From: Balanoglossus misakiensis
Taxonomy: Eukaryota > Animalia > Hemichordata
Length of the DNA stretch: 64,000 nt
Direction of reading: 5' to 3'
NCBI GenBank assembly: GCA_040954595.2
Contig: CM082577.2
Location: forward strand, 12,309,654-12,373,653
In this document: in pieces, positions 13,201-26,471 of the stretch
Layout of the letters: each line of letters begins with the position of its first letter
Position numbering within the stretch: position 1 is the stretch's first letter
Made by a program: the position numbers and the translations under genes
Notes under the pieces: generated by a model
What the model saw: the letters and a program-made list of their open reading frames with translations, nothing else
What the model was told of the DNA's origin: nothing
Database searches by the model: none

Positions 13201-16200
13201 AAACAGCAGTTGGATGAGACCTTGGCAGAAAAGTTCAAACTTCGAGCAGAAAACACAATTCTAGAGAATCAGTTAAAAGAAGCAATTCAGGAAAAGTTCC
13301 TCTTAGAAAAGCAGTACAAAGATTGTGTTCAGAATCTTGAAAAAACTGAAAAAGTAGCTTTCACACAACTTCTGGATGTCATTTTTCTCAAGCAAAGATT
13401 AGAAGAATCAGACCCTAGACACATCCAAGAGTTGAAGTCCAAACTCGATCAGAAAGACCGAATAATTGCTGAACTCAGATCAAAATTATCTAAAAAACAG
13501 GATGAGCAATCTGATAATGAGCTGAAACTGAAAAAGGCTATGGGTCTTCAACTGGGAGAAGATATAACGTTGAAAACTGGACAAGGTGAGATTAATTTAA
13601 GTTTTTTTGTTTGCTGTGGTCATTATGACATTAAACAGGTTCATATTAAGCCTTGTAAATGAGTCATTGCTCAGTGATGATTACAACAATATTAGCAATC
13701 TTAACTATAAAATTGTGAAACAAAATGTTGCTGATATTTTTCTACTTTTAAATGAGGTCAGCATATACTTGTTTTATTTCAACACTGTTTATCGGACTTT
13801 TGAAGATATATTGTTAGACAAACTCAGGGGAAGTAAATTTTTGTCTTCTCATTTCAATTTTGAATTAAAGCTGGTGATACTGAAACTACTGAAGAAAAAG
13901 AAACTGGGGATGCCAAAACCAAACCAACACAGCCTGAGATAACAAGAGAAGAGGCATCTGGGTCTGCAGACCTAACCAAACAAGATAAACCTAGGTCAAC
14001 AGAAAGACAGACTACAGGTGAGAAAGGTAAGGCAATGAAACCTGACATACTCAGAAAATGTATGGAGGCTAAATGTACCGTACAGAACACATTTCACTGG
14101 CATCTGTTCAGAGTAAAGCATCAGTGGCTTAGTCTTTTAGTGTTTCCTCAAGGATTACATGTTAACCCTTTTACCTCCTAGTTCCCTCTATAGAGGTCCA
14201 CATTTACCGTAGAAAACAATAGATTTGGACCAAACCATGGTGGTGAAAGAGTTAAAAGCACTGTATGTGTTACTTTGTTACATTTATAGCTTACCCCACT
14301 GCATTCATTGTACAAATTTTGTAATTCAAATTAGGAACTTACCAATTTTTTAAAAATCCAAATGACAATCTGGAACAGCCAGTGGCGTTGAGACAGACCA
14401 TTATCACGACTCATCCTAAGTGACTGCAGGTTTTCCATCTCTCAGATCATCTGCAATGATTAACAAACTCCTTTCAGATCTTCTAGTAAAAATTATGCCA
14501 ACAAGTTTATTTTACTTTCAAGTAGCCCACTGTAGGACAACATTATCAGTAAATTCCCTGAAGTTAAAGTAACAACAATTATTTGTTCAACAAAAATACT
14601 CACTTGGTCTCAGAAAGTGGCAGCCTTCTCAGCTAAGGACAGTAGATTTGTCTTCTGTTCACTGTTGTTACAATTACTGATTTGAAAGCAGACCATCTCT
14701 GCATGGCTAGAAAAAGAAACAAAGATAATATGCCACATTATAAGTGTATATTCACCTCATTCACGGGACATTTTTCTATTCCGATTTACCAGTGTAACCC
14801 AAACCAAGAACTGGCTGACCTAATAGTTTCAAAATAATTATAACCATGTTATCAAGAAATATCAAAATCAATATACTCAACATTATTAACCATCTTTAAA
14901 ATTAAAAGACAATGCTCATTGTTTCACTGATCTGTTCATGTATGTTACCATGGTTACTTGGTAATGAAAAACTTCAAATGTATAGAGTACTTTGACAGAA
15001 AATTTATCCAATCATTTATTCAATCTGTTAAAAGAAGTTTTATTAAAACACTAACTCTTGCATAGTGCCATATTTTTCAAAATAAATTCAGTTGTCATGG
15101 TTACCAGTTAATAATGTTACTATAATAAATTTGTTCAGGAAAATAATGAACTGAGGAATTATGAATGGTCTATTAAGTCAAAAGTTACAAGAGACAGATA
15201 TTGTAAAATGTGTTACCATGGGAACATCAATGTTAATATATCCATGAATTTTTAAATAAGAATGTCTTTCATGCATATTATAATAATCTGTCAATATTGA
15301 GACAAAATAAATTTCCTCCTCGGTATTGCAGAGAATTAGAAATAGTTCCGGAAACTGGTTACTCTGGTTGCCATGGTTACTTGTCACTGTAAACATTGTG
15401 TGGAGAAACTGCCTTTTAGTGGTTCAGTTGCCATAGCAATGACTCGTTTCTTTTGTAATATGTTTTCTCTTGTCAAAATTAACAATAAAATACTAACTCT
15501 AGCATATTCTTAATTCAACCTCTTTTTCTCCTAATAGGTGACTGGTCAATGAGGACACTGGACGGCCAAAGTCGAAAGCCAGGACGAAAGTTTAAAGAAC
15601 CAAGAGGTATGGTGTTCCATGGTGACCAACTGGTGGTGTGTGACCAAGGCAACAGGGTTGTACAGATACTGAATCAAGATTACACCTGTGACAAAGTCTT
15701 GGGAAGTTTTGATGGTCAGTTTGCAAAGCCATTCCAGCCACAGGATGTAGCTGTCTCCCATGACAACATCTACTTCATAAATGATGATGGAAGTTCTCAA
15801 ATTGTTGTTTGTGATCAAAACAATAAAATTCTTAGAATAATTACTCTACCTGCAGGCACCGATGTCTATGGCATCGCTCTAATGAAAGGATTTGTTTTGG
15901 TCACTGATGTCAGAGGTCATCGGCTACTCAAGTACACCCAAGATGGTCAGTATGTTGCAGAGGTTGGTGGTCGAGGTGATGGCCAAACACAATTCCATTA
16001 CCCATACTCTGTGGCGGTCAACAGTAAGAATGTCATCATGGTGTCTGACTGTGGCAATCACTGCATCAAGTGTTTTGATGCTGAATTGAAATTCTTGTAT
16101 CGATTTGGTGGGGAAGGTTCAGGTCCTGGTCAGCTGAGGTTTCCACAAAGCATTGACATTGATGACGACAATAATTTGTATGTGTGTGATTTTAATAGGA

Positions 16201-16376
16201 TTGCGAACTGGAGATTTGGTGGAGCGTGGATCTGTCACTTATTTAAAGGTGAGGTGAGAAGCCCTCGGTTCCTTGCAGTCAGCGGTGACAGAGTTGCTGT
16301 TAGAGAGGATGGTAAAGACCAAATCAAAGTATTCTACAAGCAGAAATACATGTCCACACGACATCAAAAACAGTGA
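8577..16376 (+). CDS. Gene A: GT4-like (duplicated N-lobe) + TRADD-N-like + unknown domain + coiled coil + NHL repeats; join(8577..10284,10625..11290,11779..11858,12037..12115,12319..12579,13049..13585,13871..14026,15538..16376)
   Basis: All introns are GT-AG and phase-compatible (1,1,0,1,1,1,1); total 4326 nt = 1441 aa + stop. Alternative in-frame sites: acceptor 12100, donor 14017. Confidence 0.8.
10625..11290 (+). CDS. Gene A exon 2: low-complexity linker + TRADD-N-like domain
   Basis: VTNLKEGSLQITVNM..LYRLR..SRSLAKVLEPIFTTDEM pattern; phase 1-1 exon. Confidence 0.7.
12319..12579 (+). CDS. Gene A exon 5: uncharacterised globular segment
   Basis: Open, AG/GT-bounded phase 1-1 exon. Confidence 0.7.
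13049..13585 (+). CDS. Gene A exon 6: coiled-coil region
   Basis: Heptad-like L/K/E/Q-rich sequence; phase 1-1 exon. Confidence 0.8.
14166..14251. mobile_element. Tiny piggyBac-type MITE
   Basis: TTAA on both sides; imperfect TIRs cccttttacctcc / ggtggtgaaagag. Confidence 0.6.
15538..16376 (+). CDS. Gene A terminal exon: NHL-repeat beta-propeller (TRIM2/3-like)
   Basis: FKEPRGM, VCDQGNRVVQI, GQ(T/L)xFxYP/FP and VSDCGNHCIKCF NHL motifs; acceptor AG 15536-37; stop TGA. Confidence 0.92.
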
Positions 16377-16415
16377 AATTTTGGAGGAGATCTAGAGACC
16401 ACATCGATAAATTTA

Positions 16416-17394
16416 GGGACTGTTCAGTTTTTACGGCTGGGGGGGGGGGGCAATTTGTGTCATCGCTTTACAAAATCAGACCGAGCCCCCCCCCCCCCCC
16501 CCCTTCACCCAGGCCCAAAAATATGATGACCCACCCCGAAAACATTTGCCATCCTGATCTTATGGACACTGTATGCAATAAAGGGAAAGGGGCTTGTCAC
16601 ATCTCAATTATAAATGTCTTAAAGAAATTTATATTAAAGTATATAATAGTATAGCGTTGCAATAAAGAAATCTATTAATAAATTAAAATGACACGTCAAT
16701 ACAATAGTTGGTAGAATTGGTAAAACAAGAAAAGTGGAGGGTGTGGGAGGGCGTGCCACCCTCCCACATAAGAAAATTTTGTAAAATATGTAGCTCAAAA
16801 TTGCTTTTTAATGAAATCAAAAGCAAATTAATTCAATGTTGGGGAGGAAAAAGTTGACTTTTGCCAGTCAAAGTTAACATCAGTAGGGGTGGGGTGGAAG
16901 GTACTCTGCCCTGGAACACTAGATGTGGCGAAGAATGGAGGGGTTGGGCAAGGGAGGGGGTGTCCCCCTCCCACAATAAGAAAATTTTGTAAAATATGTA
17001 GCTCAAACTTGCATTTTAATGAACTCAAAAGCAAACTATCTCAATGTTTGGGAGGACCAATTCTGCTTTTGCCACTCCACTCAAAGTAAGCATCGGTGTG
17101 GGTGGGGTGGCAAGTACTCTACCTTGGTACACTAGACAAACCAGCAAATAAATGAAATGTGCTGGCGGAGAATGAAGGGGGGTGGGTGTGTTCCCCATTA
17201 ACATTAGAAAATTTTGTAAAATATAGGGCGCGAAACTGCAATTTGTGGACTCAAACGCAAAAGTTCGCTGGCAAGAGTATGTGACCCCTCTAAACGTTTT
17301 AAAAAAGATGATCCCCTCCCCTTTCTATTTCAAATATTTAAGTGACCCCCCTGGATTTTGCCAGCCCCCCTAGCCGTAAAATCTGAACGGTCCC
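16416..17394. mobile_element. PIF/Harbinger-type MITE with internal ~210-230 bp repeats, in the 3' UTR of gene A
   Basis: TIRs gggactgttcagtttttacggct / agccgtaaaatctgaacggtccc; TTA TSD; agaaaattttgtaaaatat recurs at ~16771, 16979 and 17206. Confidence 0.9.
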
Positions 17395-18569
17395 TTACGA
17401 CCTGTTTGCACGCCATGGCAACAAAGTTCAAACTGAACCAATTCTGAACCAAAACTGAATTCCACATTTTAAAATAAAATTCCGAACAGAAACTAATTGT
17501 AGGTGCTGTCGCTACATGTACTGAGTGTAGGAAAAATAAACTGAGGCTGTTTTGAATTATTTTTGCAGTTTATTTTGAGGGATTTTTAGACAAGACTGAC
17601 ACTGTTTGAAACGAAATGCATTCCGTCAACTTGACACTCAATTTTGACACTCAAACTTATTATGTGCGGTCCACTTTCCATCAAATCTCCATTGCATCCG
17701 AAGAGATGAAGGCGATTCATCAATTTATGTGTGCAAAAACTTACCTGTAAATGGCCAGATATATATTGCGTCTATATAGATTACCATTCGTTAGTCCGAA
17801 ATTGTTGTTATTTCAAAAATATATGTACAAGAGATGTGAACGAAATAGTCATTTTGTTGTTTTAACGCCATTTGTTTTTACTGTGTAGAGGGCGCACTTA
17901 CAGCTCGATGTACTGCGATGTAGATTGTAGTGCGGAAAAGAGATATGTAGAAAATGTTGACTGGTTCTATGTTTCGTTGATTTCAAGAGGTAAACTTTGG
18001 CTGTACCGTCTGAAAGTCAATTACTTTACGAAAAGATAAAGTATTCTTAGTTCAAAGGCATACTTAAATTCCGTCGACAGGGGCGCTATGATCATTTTTG
18101 CTATCAGGCCGACTGGGCCAACTTTTTCCCAGAGTTTGGATAGCTGTTCTCAAGACCTTTCAGTCAATCTCGATTTTCTGACGATTTTTGTTCATTCTGG
18201 TTTGCCTAGTAGATGACATTTACTGAGGACTTTTTTTTGTAACGCGTGATTTGAAATACAACTGAAACCCTTTAACGTCGCGTTTTTGTGATTTTTCATA
18301 TTCATTCGCGCGAATTTCTCGAGAATAAAACTGTTTTGATGATAGGGACTGTTCAGAATCTACTTCCACGGGTGGGGGGGGGGGAGGATTTTCAGGGGAC
18401 CACCCATTTTCTCCAAGAAAAATTAGGGGGACCAGAAAATTTTCAGGAAATTGAAGGGGGGACCAAAGATTTCCTCCACAATTTACTAGGGGGGACCATG
18501 GAGAAAAATCACCAGAAGAATATTGAACAGTGAAGAATTACGCAGGCGCATGGCAATACCTGAAATACG

Positions 18570-20165
18570 AAAATTACCTAGTATCCAAAATATTTTGCTT
18601 TTGGCGAACTCTGTAACTGGCGAAAGTTTGGACTCCCTTTGTATGAAGTATGAAGGTGGATCTACATATTGGTAGAGATACAGTCCGGCATGTATTCCCA
18701 ATTATCAGAAATATCAAATAACCACGAATTCTTGGATGGGATTTTATTACCAAACACCATGCAATAATAGACACGCAAGATGAGGTCTTCAAAATCTGGA
18801 ATTAATTGGTTAATTCCACAACTGAAGAAAATAAGTCATTGTCCTATTAGCTGTGATGCAGTTGTATTGTCTACAATTAATCTTCCAACCCGAAGTGAAA
18901 CTCTTATATCACTGCAAACCCGTAAACATCACATTTTGCCAGATGGATATGATGGTGTTTTAGAATCTAATTAACATGGTGAACAAGGTATTTTGGTCGC
19001 CAGAACTTTAACGTCAGCTCCTAATGGTTTAATCACTATTTCTGTGTTGAATCTCCAAACAGAAGATGTTACAGTTCACAGCGGATTGCCACTTAGAAAA
19101 TTCTACTCTACCACTAAAAAGGGCCTACTCCATACCCGAGCCTGTGGTAAGTCGCATAACAATTCAACACCCGAACATTTCTAGTAATAAACCTACAGGT
19201 GCCATCCGTCAATCTGAATAAAGCCACGCTTACAGATGAAATGAAAACGAAAGCAGAGAAATTACTCGCCGATTTCAGTGACATTTTCAGCAGGGAACTC
19301 AACGATTATGGCCGAACAACTCTGACGCGAATTAAAATTTGTACTGGGGAAACTTTACCCATTAAGAAAAGACCCGTTCGTACTTCTCCAGCAATGCATC
19401 ATGATGAAATACAAAGGCAAGTTGATAAGCTGATTCAGAAGGATGTCATTGAAGAAAGTTGCAGTCCATGGGCAGCCCCAATAGTAATGGTTAAGAAAAA
19501 GGATGGATCATATCGCTTCTATGTGGACTATCGTCATTTGAACAAGGTCACTGTTCAAGATTCACACCCTTTTGGCCAAGAAAATACGCGCTAAACTGTT
19601 TAGAGCTCCGTACACCGGAAGTAAAAATAACGATGTCAAATATACAAAATTTATGAAAATTGCGAGAATCACGCAAGAACTATGACGTCATTCTTCTACA
19701 CTACGGCGGCCAACGATAAAAAAAATTGCAAAATAAAACAATATCCCTACATACCTACCTACCTACCTACCCTATTTTTGAAAACTATGTAATCGGAACA
19801 GCACATATTATTTTTGGGCCTTACCTCGCATTGATGACTCCTTAGATGCTCTGGGAGGTTCCGTTTATTTCGCGGTGATTGACCTTACCAGTGGATACTG
19901 GCAGATTGCAAAGGATCGAGAAGACAGAGAAAAGGCGGCACTTACAACAGGTGATGGTGACTATACCAATTCAAAGTAATTATGGGACTTACGAATGCAC
20001 CAGCTACAATTCAGCGCCGAATGGAGCTTGTTCTGCATGGGCTACGTTGGTCTAAGGTTTTAGTATCTGGGTGATGGTCTTGTCCTGGGGAAAACATTTG
20101 GCGATCATCTGAAGAACCTAGAAGAAGTGTTTGCCAGATTCCGTGCTGCTAATCTTAAAATCAGA
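18570..20165 (+). mobile_element. Degenerate Gypsy pol relic (protease-RT) with stops and frameshifts
   Basis: ILGWDF, SPWAAPIVMVKKKDGSYRFYVDYRHLN, PRIDDSLDAL and GYWQI motifs. Confidence 0.9.
19574..19820. mobile_element. GGCC-ended MITE inserted in the Gypsy relic RT
   Basis: Splits the RT motif DSHP|LPRIDD; TTA/TTT flanks; same family as 21334-21749. Confidence 0.85.
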
Positions 20166-20174
20166 CCAGATTCG

Positions 20175-21165
20175 TTTCTACAAGAGTTTCGGTCATGTCG
20201 ATTCTTCCTTATTTAGAAAGTCCGGACCCTTCCACCAAGTAGTGTTGTCAACCAATTTTGACAAATTGTTCCAATTCCAGCGGGAAATTGTTTGGTTGGT
20301 ACGTATCGCCACTGATCAGAATTCGTTGAATCCTGGATTTCACCAATGCGATTAGCAACAAATGGCTTGAAATGTCGGCTACGTCCTCGTATACCAACCA
20401 TGCCTTCTGACCAGAAAGTTGACTGTTTAAGATCAATCTGCAACGATGTTGAAGTGGCTATGGCCAGTCTCAAACCCCAAATTGCTCCCATCAATTAAAG
20501 ACAAGGAATACTTCTCACTGTTTGTGGTACTACTCTGGTTTTGGCAGCTACGATTTGGCAGAATACTGCCCCCATCATCATATGTGTATCTTTTGTAAGT
20601 TACTGCACAGTATAGGCATCTTGCGGCGAATCTATGAATCTATGTAGGCCGAGCGACTTCTTTTCTTGCGATGACAATTGATTTTCGCTCCGATAGTATA
20701 CGGAGCCAACATACAAAGTGGTTCACACAGTGTAGCCATCTTCTTCAGGAAGTTACGTTTAGTGAAGACAAATCCGGCATGAGGGTTTGGTCGAAATGTG
20801 AAGACATCTTCATTTGCCAACCATAACACACAAAGTGTCTTCATCTGGGCGTTGCTTTCATTGAAGTCTAGCTTGAAGGCTCGGTCATCTGACGGGATTT
20901 GCGAATTTGTTTGCGAATTTGACAGCCACTTGTGAGCTAGCTTAGGACTATGAGCATGCATACCGGCTTTCTCCCAAAGTTCACACAATTGTCGATAAAG
21001 CGGGGTACCCCGTTCATCATTCATAACTGAGTCCATACTGTCATCCATACATTTTGACTTTAACACGGTTTCTGCTGCCATAGGAAATTCATCTTGATGA
21101 GCCTTTGGCATGTGTTTGAGTGACAAACTGGGCTTGAAATGGTGAACAGTTTGCTCCGAATACTA
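20175..21165 (-). mobile_element. Degenerate BEL/Pao retrotransposon fragment (RT-RNase H)
   Basis: MDD, HKWLSNS, TKRNFLKKMATL, FVANRIGEIQ and WRYVPT motifs typical of Pao elements. Confidence 0.88.
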
Positions 21166-21333
21166 CTTAAAACAAACATGGGTAACATTTTTTGAAACTG
21201 TTGATTCCAATCACAGGAATCAGATGGCAAATTTTAAAATATTTTATCAGTTTTTGTTTGATTTTTAATTTTTTTATTATTTTACCCCAAGTGTTTTGCC
21301 TGTAAAGAAAACGTGAAAATGTTGGCCACCTAA

Positions 21334-21749
21334 GGCCCCCCAAAATATGTGCTGTTCCGATTACATGGCCGTATTGTAGAAGAATGACGTCATAGTTCTT
21401 GCATGATGCGCGCGATATCGTCCTATTTCGCGCAATTTTCATAAATATTGTAATTTGACACATTACTTTTACTTCCGGGTTTACGAAGCTCTAAAAAGTT
21501 TACAATAGGCGGGTTAAAATTAGGGTAGGTTGGGTAATCGATTACATGGCCGTATTGTAGAAGAATGACGTCATAGTTCTTGCATGATGCGCGCGATATC
21601 GTCCTATTTCGCGCAATTTTCATAAATATTGTAATTTGACACATTACTTTTACTTCCGGGTTTACGAAGCTCTAAAAAGTTTACGGTAGGCGCGTTAAAA
21701 TTAGGGTAGGTCGGGTAATCGGAACAGCACATATTTTTTTATTTTGGCC
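21334..21749. mobile_element. GGCC-ended MITE with a 181-bp internal tandem duplication
   Basis: TAA TSD; TIR core atatgtgctgttccgattac; ~21359-21539 repeated at ~21540-21720. Confidence 0.88.
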
Positions 21750-22954
21750 TAAGCTTTTTTTTTATTTTGGCCTCTGTGCCTATCAACTAGCTTTCTCACC
21801 AGATCGATGAATATCCCTAAGGAAACATTTTATATCTAATTAATTTTCTAAAATAAGTCATTTAGGTGTGTCAGCTGACCAGGCAATGTTTGTGTTGTCC
21901 TGGCCAACTCTCCTAAATATGAACAATATCACAGTACGTGTTACTATAAAGAGAGTCAGCCAGTGTTAGGGAGAAGACAGAATGTATAGGTATGTTGGAT
22001 TTTAACACATGACAGATAACAAGAACTACTACAATAACAATAATACTTTTTTTTGATAAAAATAATAATTATATTACATTTTCCTTTTTTTTCATATTAA
22101 TAAATAACAAATATGTTTTTATTCATTTTACCAAAACTATGAGCCTGAGTACCATGTGCTGTAATTCCACACTCAATAACTATAGACATCTAAAGGACTC
22201 ATATGCTTGACAAAGTTGTTTTATTGCACGTCAACGAATACTCACAGTAAGTGCAGACCATGTTAAGGATTGTTGAAAATAACACCAAATATTAATAAGA
22301 CTATAATATTATTTATTTATTAATTACTGCTATGGACACAATGTCTGAAACAAACTTATTATTCGGTGGTCCCACTCCTAAGAATTAATGGTTCGCATAG
22401 CTACAGTCCAAATAATATGGGCATTATATAGGCAAAGTGACGACCATGGAACATCTGTTTGGAGTAGCCTGGTCTCGATACCCAGTGTGTTTTATAGATA
22501 GACTTGTCGGAGAACAAATAACTGTTATTTGAACTTATATGACCTTGCATCGCCAGGCGGATCCTGATGGAGATCACTTTCAACCAATCAGGCACTTCCT
22601 TTACTTTGCCCAATCACATTTCAGCTCGCCTTCTCAAATGTAGCAATTGGTGCTTGTTATTACGTTCGCCTTGTGTTGATCTGCAACTTTTGGAATTTTT
22701 CCGCGCCAGTTGGATTCCAGCGGTTGAGTTATCAACATTGCTTGTCTTTAGCAATAAAACGTGCTTTTTGTATTGTACGTTTTCCCTGTCCTCGTCGGAC
22801 CTTTTAAGCAACCTTGTTCATCTAAATACCGCAACAAGAATCACACACTCGTGTGTGAGTCTATATATCTAAAACACACAGGGTATGGAGACCAGGCTAG
22901 TTTTGAGAAACGTGGCTTGGTATAGCCTAGGCTTGGTAGCGCTGGTTCACTGAT

Positions 22955-23652
22955 TGACTGTGAACAACAGAATTCTATGAACGAACCAAAGAGGGCGTCT
23001 GGGTTAATTTTTAACAGACTGGAGGTAGGACACCAGCACGATACAAGTTGGAGGCAGAATTCGGAATAGTTCTTTCTTCGGTAAAAGTAAGTGCTTTCTT
23101 GATGAATTCTCCAATTATTCTTGACAGATTTTGAAGATAAGTGCATGAGGAATTATTTGAATTGGATTTTTGAACAGTTTTCCTGCAAAATAATAGTTTA
23201 AACGGCAAATCTACTTGTGTTCAGGGGTCACCTGGGGTCACTTTAAGTGGCATTTTCAGTAGCTTTTCCTTGTACTAAATTTGGGATCAGGCAGACATAT
23301 GTAGCGATAGAAGACAAATAGCATCATTTTTAGTATTTCGGGTTGTTCAGCTAAATTCATAGTCTAGACTGGATTCATTATGAGATTTGAAAGTAGTTGA
23401 ACTTTGTGATTGAATTCATTAGTGGCGTACTCAGACCATAGGTCATAATGATATTCAGCAAGTCCCTCGACTGGGTGTTTTGTAGAGACCACACAGCTGC
23501 AGGAGTGGTTGGACTATGGACCTCAGCTCAGGTGTCGATCGATTTCAAAGTAGTGGACTAGCTGTATTTTCCCAACAGCCACAAGAGTAGAAGTCTGAGG
23601 CCTGACAAAATCTTTTGTATTTATAGTCCCAATCAACAAACATTAAAACCAA
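22955..23652 (+). promoter_or_regulatory. Putative 5' region / non-coding first exon of gene B; paralog of 5260-6755
   Basis: Long colinear similarity, e.g. gcatgaggaattatttgaattggatttttgaacag and ttcctgcaaaataatagtttaaacggcaaatctacttgtgttcaggggtcacctgggg. Confidence 0.55.
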
Positions 23653-23692
23653 TTAGAAGAGTTTACTAGGTAGAGCTTCCAATGGGAATAAT

Positions 23693-24342
23693 AGAATCTC
23701 ACACTTCCGAGGACCTGGGATCGTATTTCTCACACGAGTTGGGGATTTTTGTCCCACACGAGCCGCAGGCCGTGTGGGACAAAAAATCCCCGAAGAGTGT
23801 GAGAAATATGATCCCAGGTCCTTGGTGTGTGAGATTCTTTTTCTCACACGACCAGAAATTTGCGATATTAACGTTTATTTACAATAAAAGAACTAAATCT
23901 ATAAAATACCAACTGATAACTGCATGACCGGCCATATATTGATCCGTCCCGCAAAACATAGTCCCCATTTCATCACGAGTTTACAGTACACACATGCTAC
24001 AATAATGTGCCCAACACATTAAAATATGGAGATTGTTTCCAGTGGCATAAATTCACGCGATATCTAGAAAATACAACAGTTTTTTGCGAGTCTGTCGCCA
24101 ACCACGTACACCTCTGTCGTCTGCACATGACCTGATCACATTGTAGTGCCGGTTTGTGTACAACACATCACATAATTGGATAATATTTGCTTGTTCTGAG
24201 GGGTATGAAAATCATTATCCAATGAATCAGAGCCCGTGTCAGAAAACAGTTGTCTGTGTGCGCATTAACACATCTAGTGTGGGATTGATTTGATCCCACA
24301 CTCTCTATCCCACACTCCCAGCGGCCAGGAGTGTGAGAAAGT
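23693..24342. mobile_element. Non-autonomous element with a ~145-bp terminal hairpin (23693-23838)
   Basis: Palindrome centred on gccGCAggc; short IR tttctcacac / gtgtgagaaa bounds the remainder. Confidence 0.7.
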
Positions 24343-24927
24343 AGTAGAAAAGTTTGGTCTAGATAGTAATGACACAACAATCGCTGGGCTGGTGTTGTTG
24401 TGCACTTTTCAATTTGGTATTTGGCATAGATGCTGGGAGGACATGAGCTGATTCTCCTCACAGAATTTATCATCTACATACAGTGTGCCCTCTAACAAAC
24501 CTAATTTTAAAATCTTTGAGTTTATTTGAGAATTTCTAAAAATTTCTCTGAGTCAGCCCTATACTTTTACATGTATTCTTGAGTCACCAGTGAGTTTGTT
24601 GAGTCAGTGGCGTGTCATATGGGCTTAGAGGGTGCAGTGAAGATGTACATATGGATACACATCAGTGTGTATTGGGACACAATTAATTATGGCCACTTAT
24701 GTGACCATTTCATAATTATTCATATGGGCTTAGAGTGCACACGGTCTACATGTACATGTATGCATGGGGTTGTCCACAACACAAATCAACATCTTCGTTC
24801 CATACACTTTTTTTCATAATTACTTTTATTTACTTCCACATTTATTAATTCTGAAATGGTTGGTGTCAGTAGGCAAACTTTTTGGGTAAAATTGATTCAA
24901 TTCCAACATGGTACAAAGATAACATAG

Positions 24928-26365
24928 CAGGGCTCGAAATTCGTTTTTTTTCTTGGTAGCCTCAGTGGGCTACCATTTTCTAAAGTTGGTAGCCCAAGAG
25001 CAATAGCTGGTAGTCCACATAATACAATGATAAATCAATGTACATTGTATACTGCTACATGTACGGTAGCAGGTCTATATCTGTTTGAGAACGTTGGTAA
25101 ATTTTTAATATACATACTGCTATGGTGAACAATTATATTGTTGATTGACACGTGTCAAAATGCACACGAGTCCGCGGCCGGTTGAACCCAGTGTTTTCTC
25201 CAGGATGTTGAGAGAAGGGGGAATGTCCCCCCTTAGTCCAAAATTAAGGGGGATTTGGTCGAAGTAAATGTCACGATTGACAATTTTGAACGTTAACTTA
25301 CTAACTGCCTTCATTCCATATTAAAAACAGTATTAGTAAATTACAACATTTTACATGTGAACTTGACAACAAATTAACAGTTACAGTTTTTTCTTCTTTA
25401 AATTAGTAGGTTTTGCAGAGGAAGACACCAACTTGCATAACTTTCAGGGCATGTAATTTAAAAAAGCCTGGAGAGCTGAAAATAACTCTCCTGAAATTAA
25501 TTACACAAGTGGTAGGAGAGTGACTAACTGCTCCCCTGGCAAGGAGAGTGAAATGAATAAAATAAATGCAACTGCAAAAACAATAGTGTCTTTCTTTAAT
25601 ACTATACCCGGTAAAAAAATTCTTGTTTGATTTTAAAAGTTTCAGTTTTTTTAGCTGCCAAAATAATAGATTTTGAAACCATTATTATAGTGAAATAAAT
25701 TGAAGTAGTATATATTCCTTCAGATTTCTGCCAACACTTCCCATCTGTGGCTAAGCACACTACTCAAATGGACAGTCTCTGTACATATTGAATGACTTTC
25801 CTTCCAAACAAGGTCATGGAAAACTGAGATGAACGCAGTTCTTTTAATTTGCATAAAATTGTTACGTTCAGCCATCACTTGAGTGCAGAGTGTGTGCTCT
25901 AAATTTAGACGGTGTCCAGATAGGCTGTTCCAACAATTGCACACTATAGCCCTGGAGCTAAATTACACGTGAATGAATGTGAAAGTCATCTACAACATAG
26001 TTTTGGGGGGTGGGAAGTTAAAATGTATAGGCCAGCACGCAGTAATATCGGCCGTTTTCCCAGTGTTTTGACTGACGGTGCATGCTACGGAGGCTTGGAC
26101 GCGCATGTACTGGCCGGGTGGGCTGCTCACGAAGGGGCGATGGTCGCCCCTTGAACTTGTTACAAGGGGCGATTCAAGTGTAAAAGAGGGGGAATCGCGC
26201 GTCCTGGAGAAAACACTGCTGGTTGTATCATTATAAACTGTAACAAGTCCAAGATACGTCGCACGCATGGTAGCCCAATCGGGCTACCACTGGTGTCAAA
26301 TTGGTAGCCCGATCGCAAACATTGGTAGTCTGTGGACGCGGGGCTACCGCGAATTTCGAGCCCTG
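24928..26365. mobile_element. Non-autonomous hAT-like DNA transposon with 5-bp TSD (hAT5-like)
   Basis: TIRs cagggctcgaaattcg / cgaatttcgagccctg; CATAG on both sides; subterminal ggtagcc/ggctacc repeats. Confidence 0.88.
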
Positions 26366-26471
26366 CATAGTGGGATATGTATTTCAGTTTGTATCATGAT
26401 ATACTAGTAATCCAATATTATGTCTATATCTGGCGACTAATTTTAACAATTTTTGTCATTGAAATAACTTA

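Noticed and set aside
15538-16376. Calling gene A a TRIM2/3/71 ortholog
   Set aside because: No RING, B-box or filamin domain; only the NHL propeller is shared.
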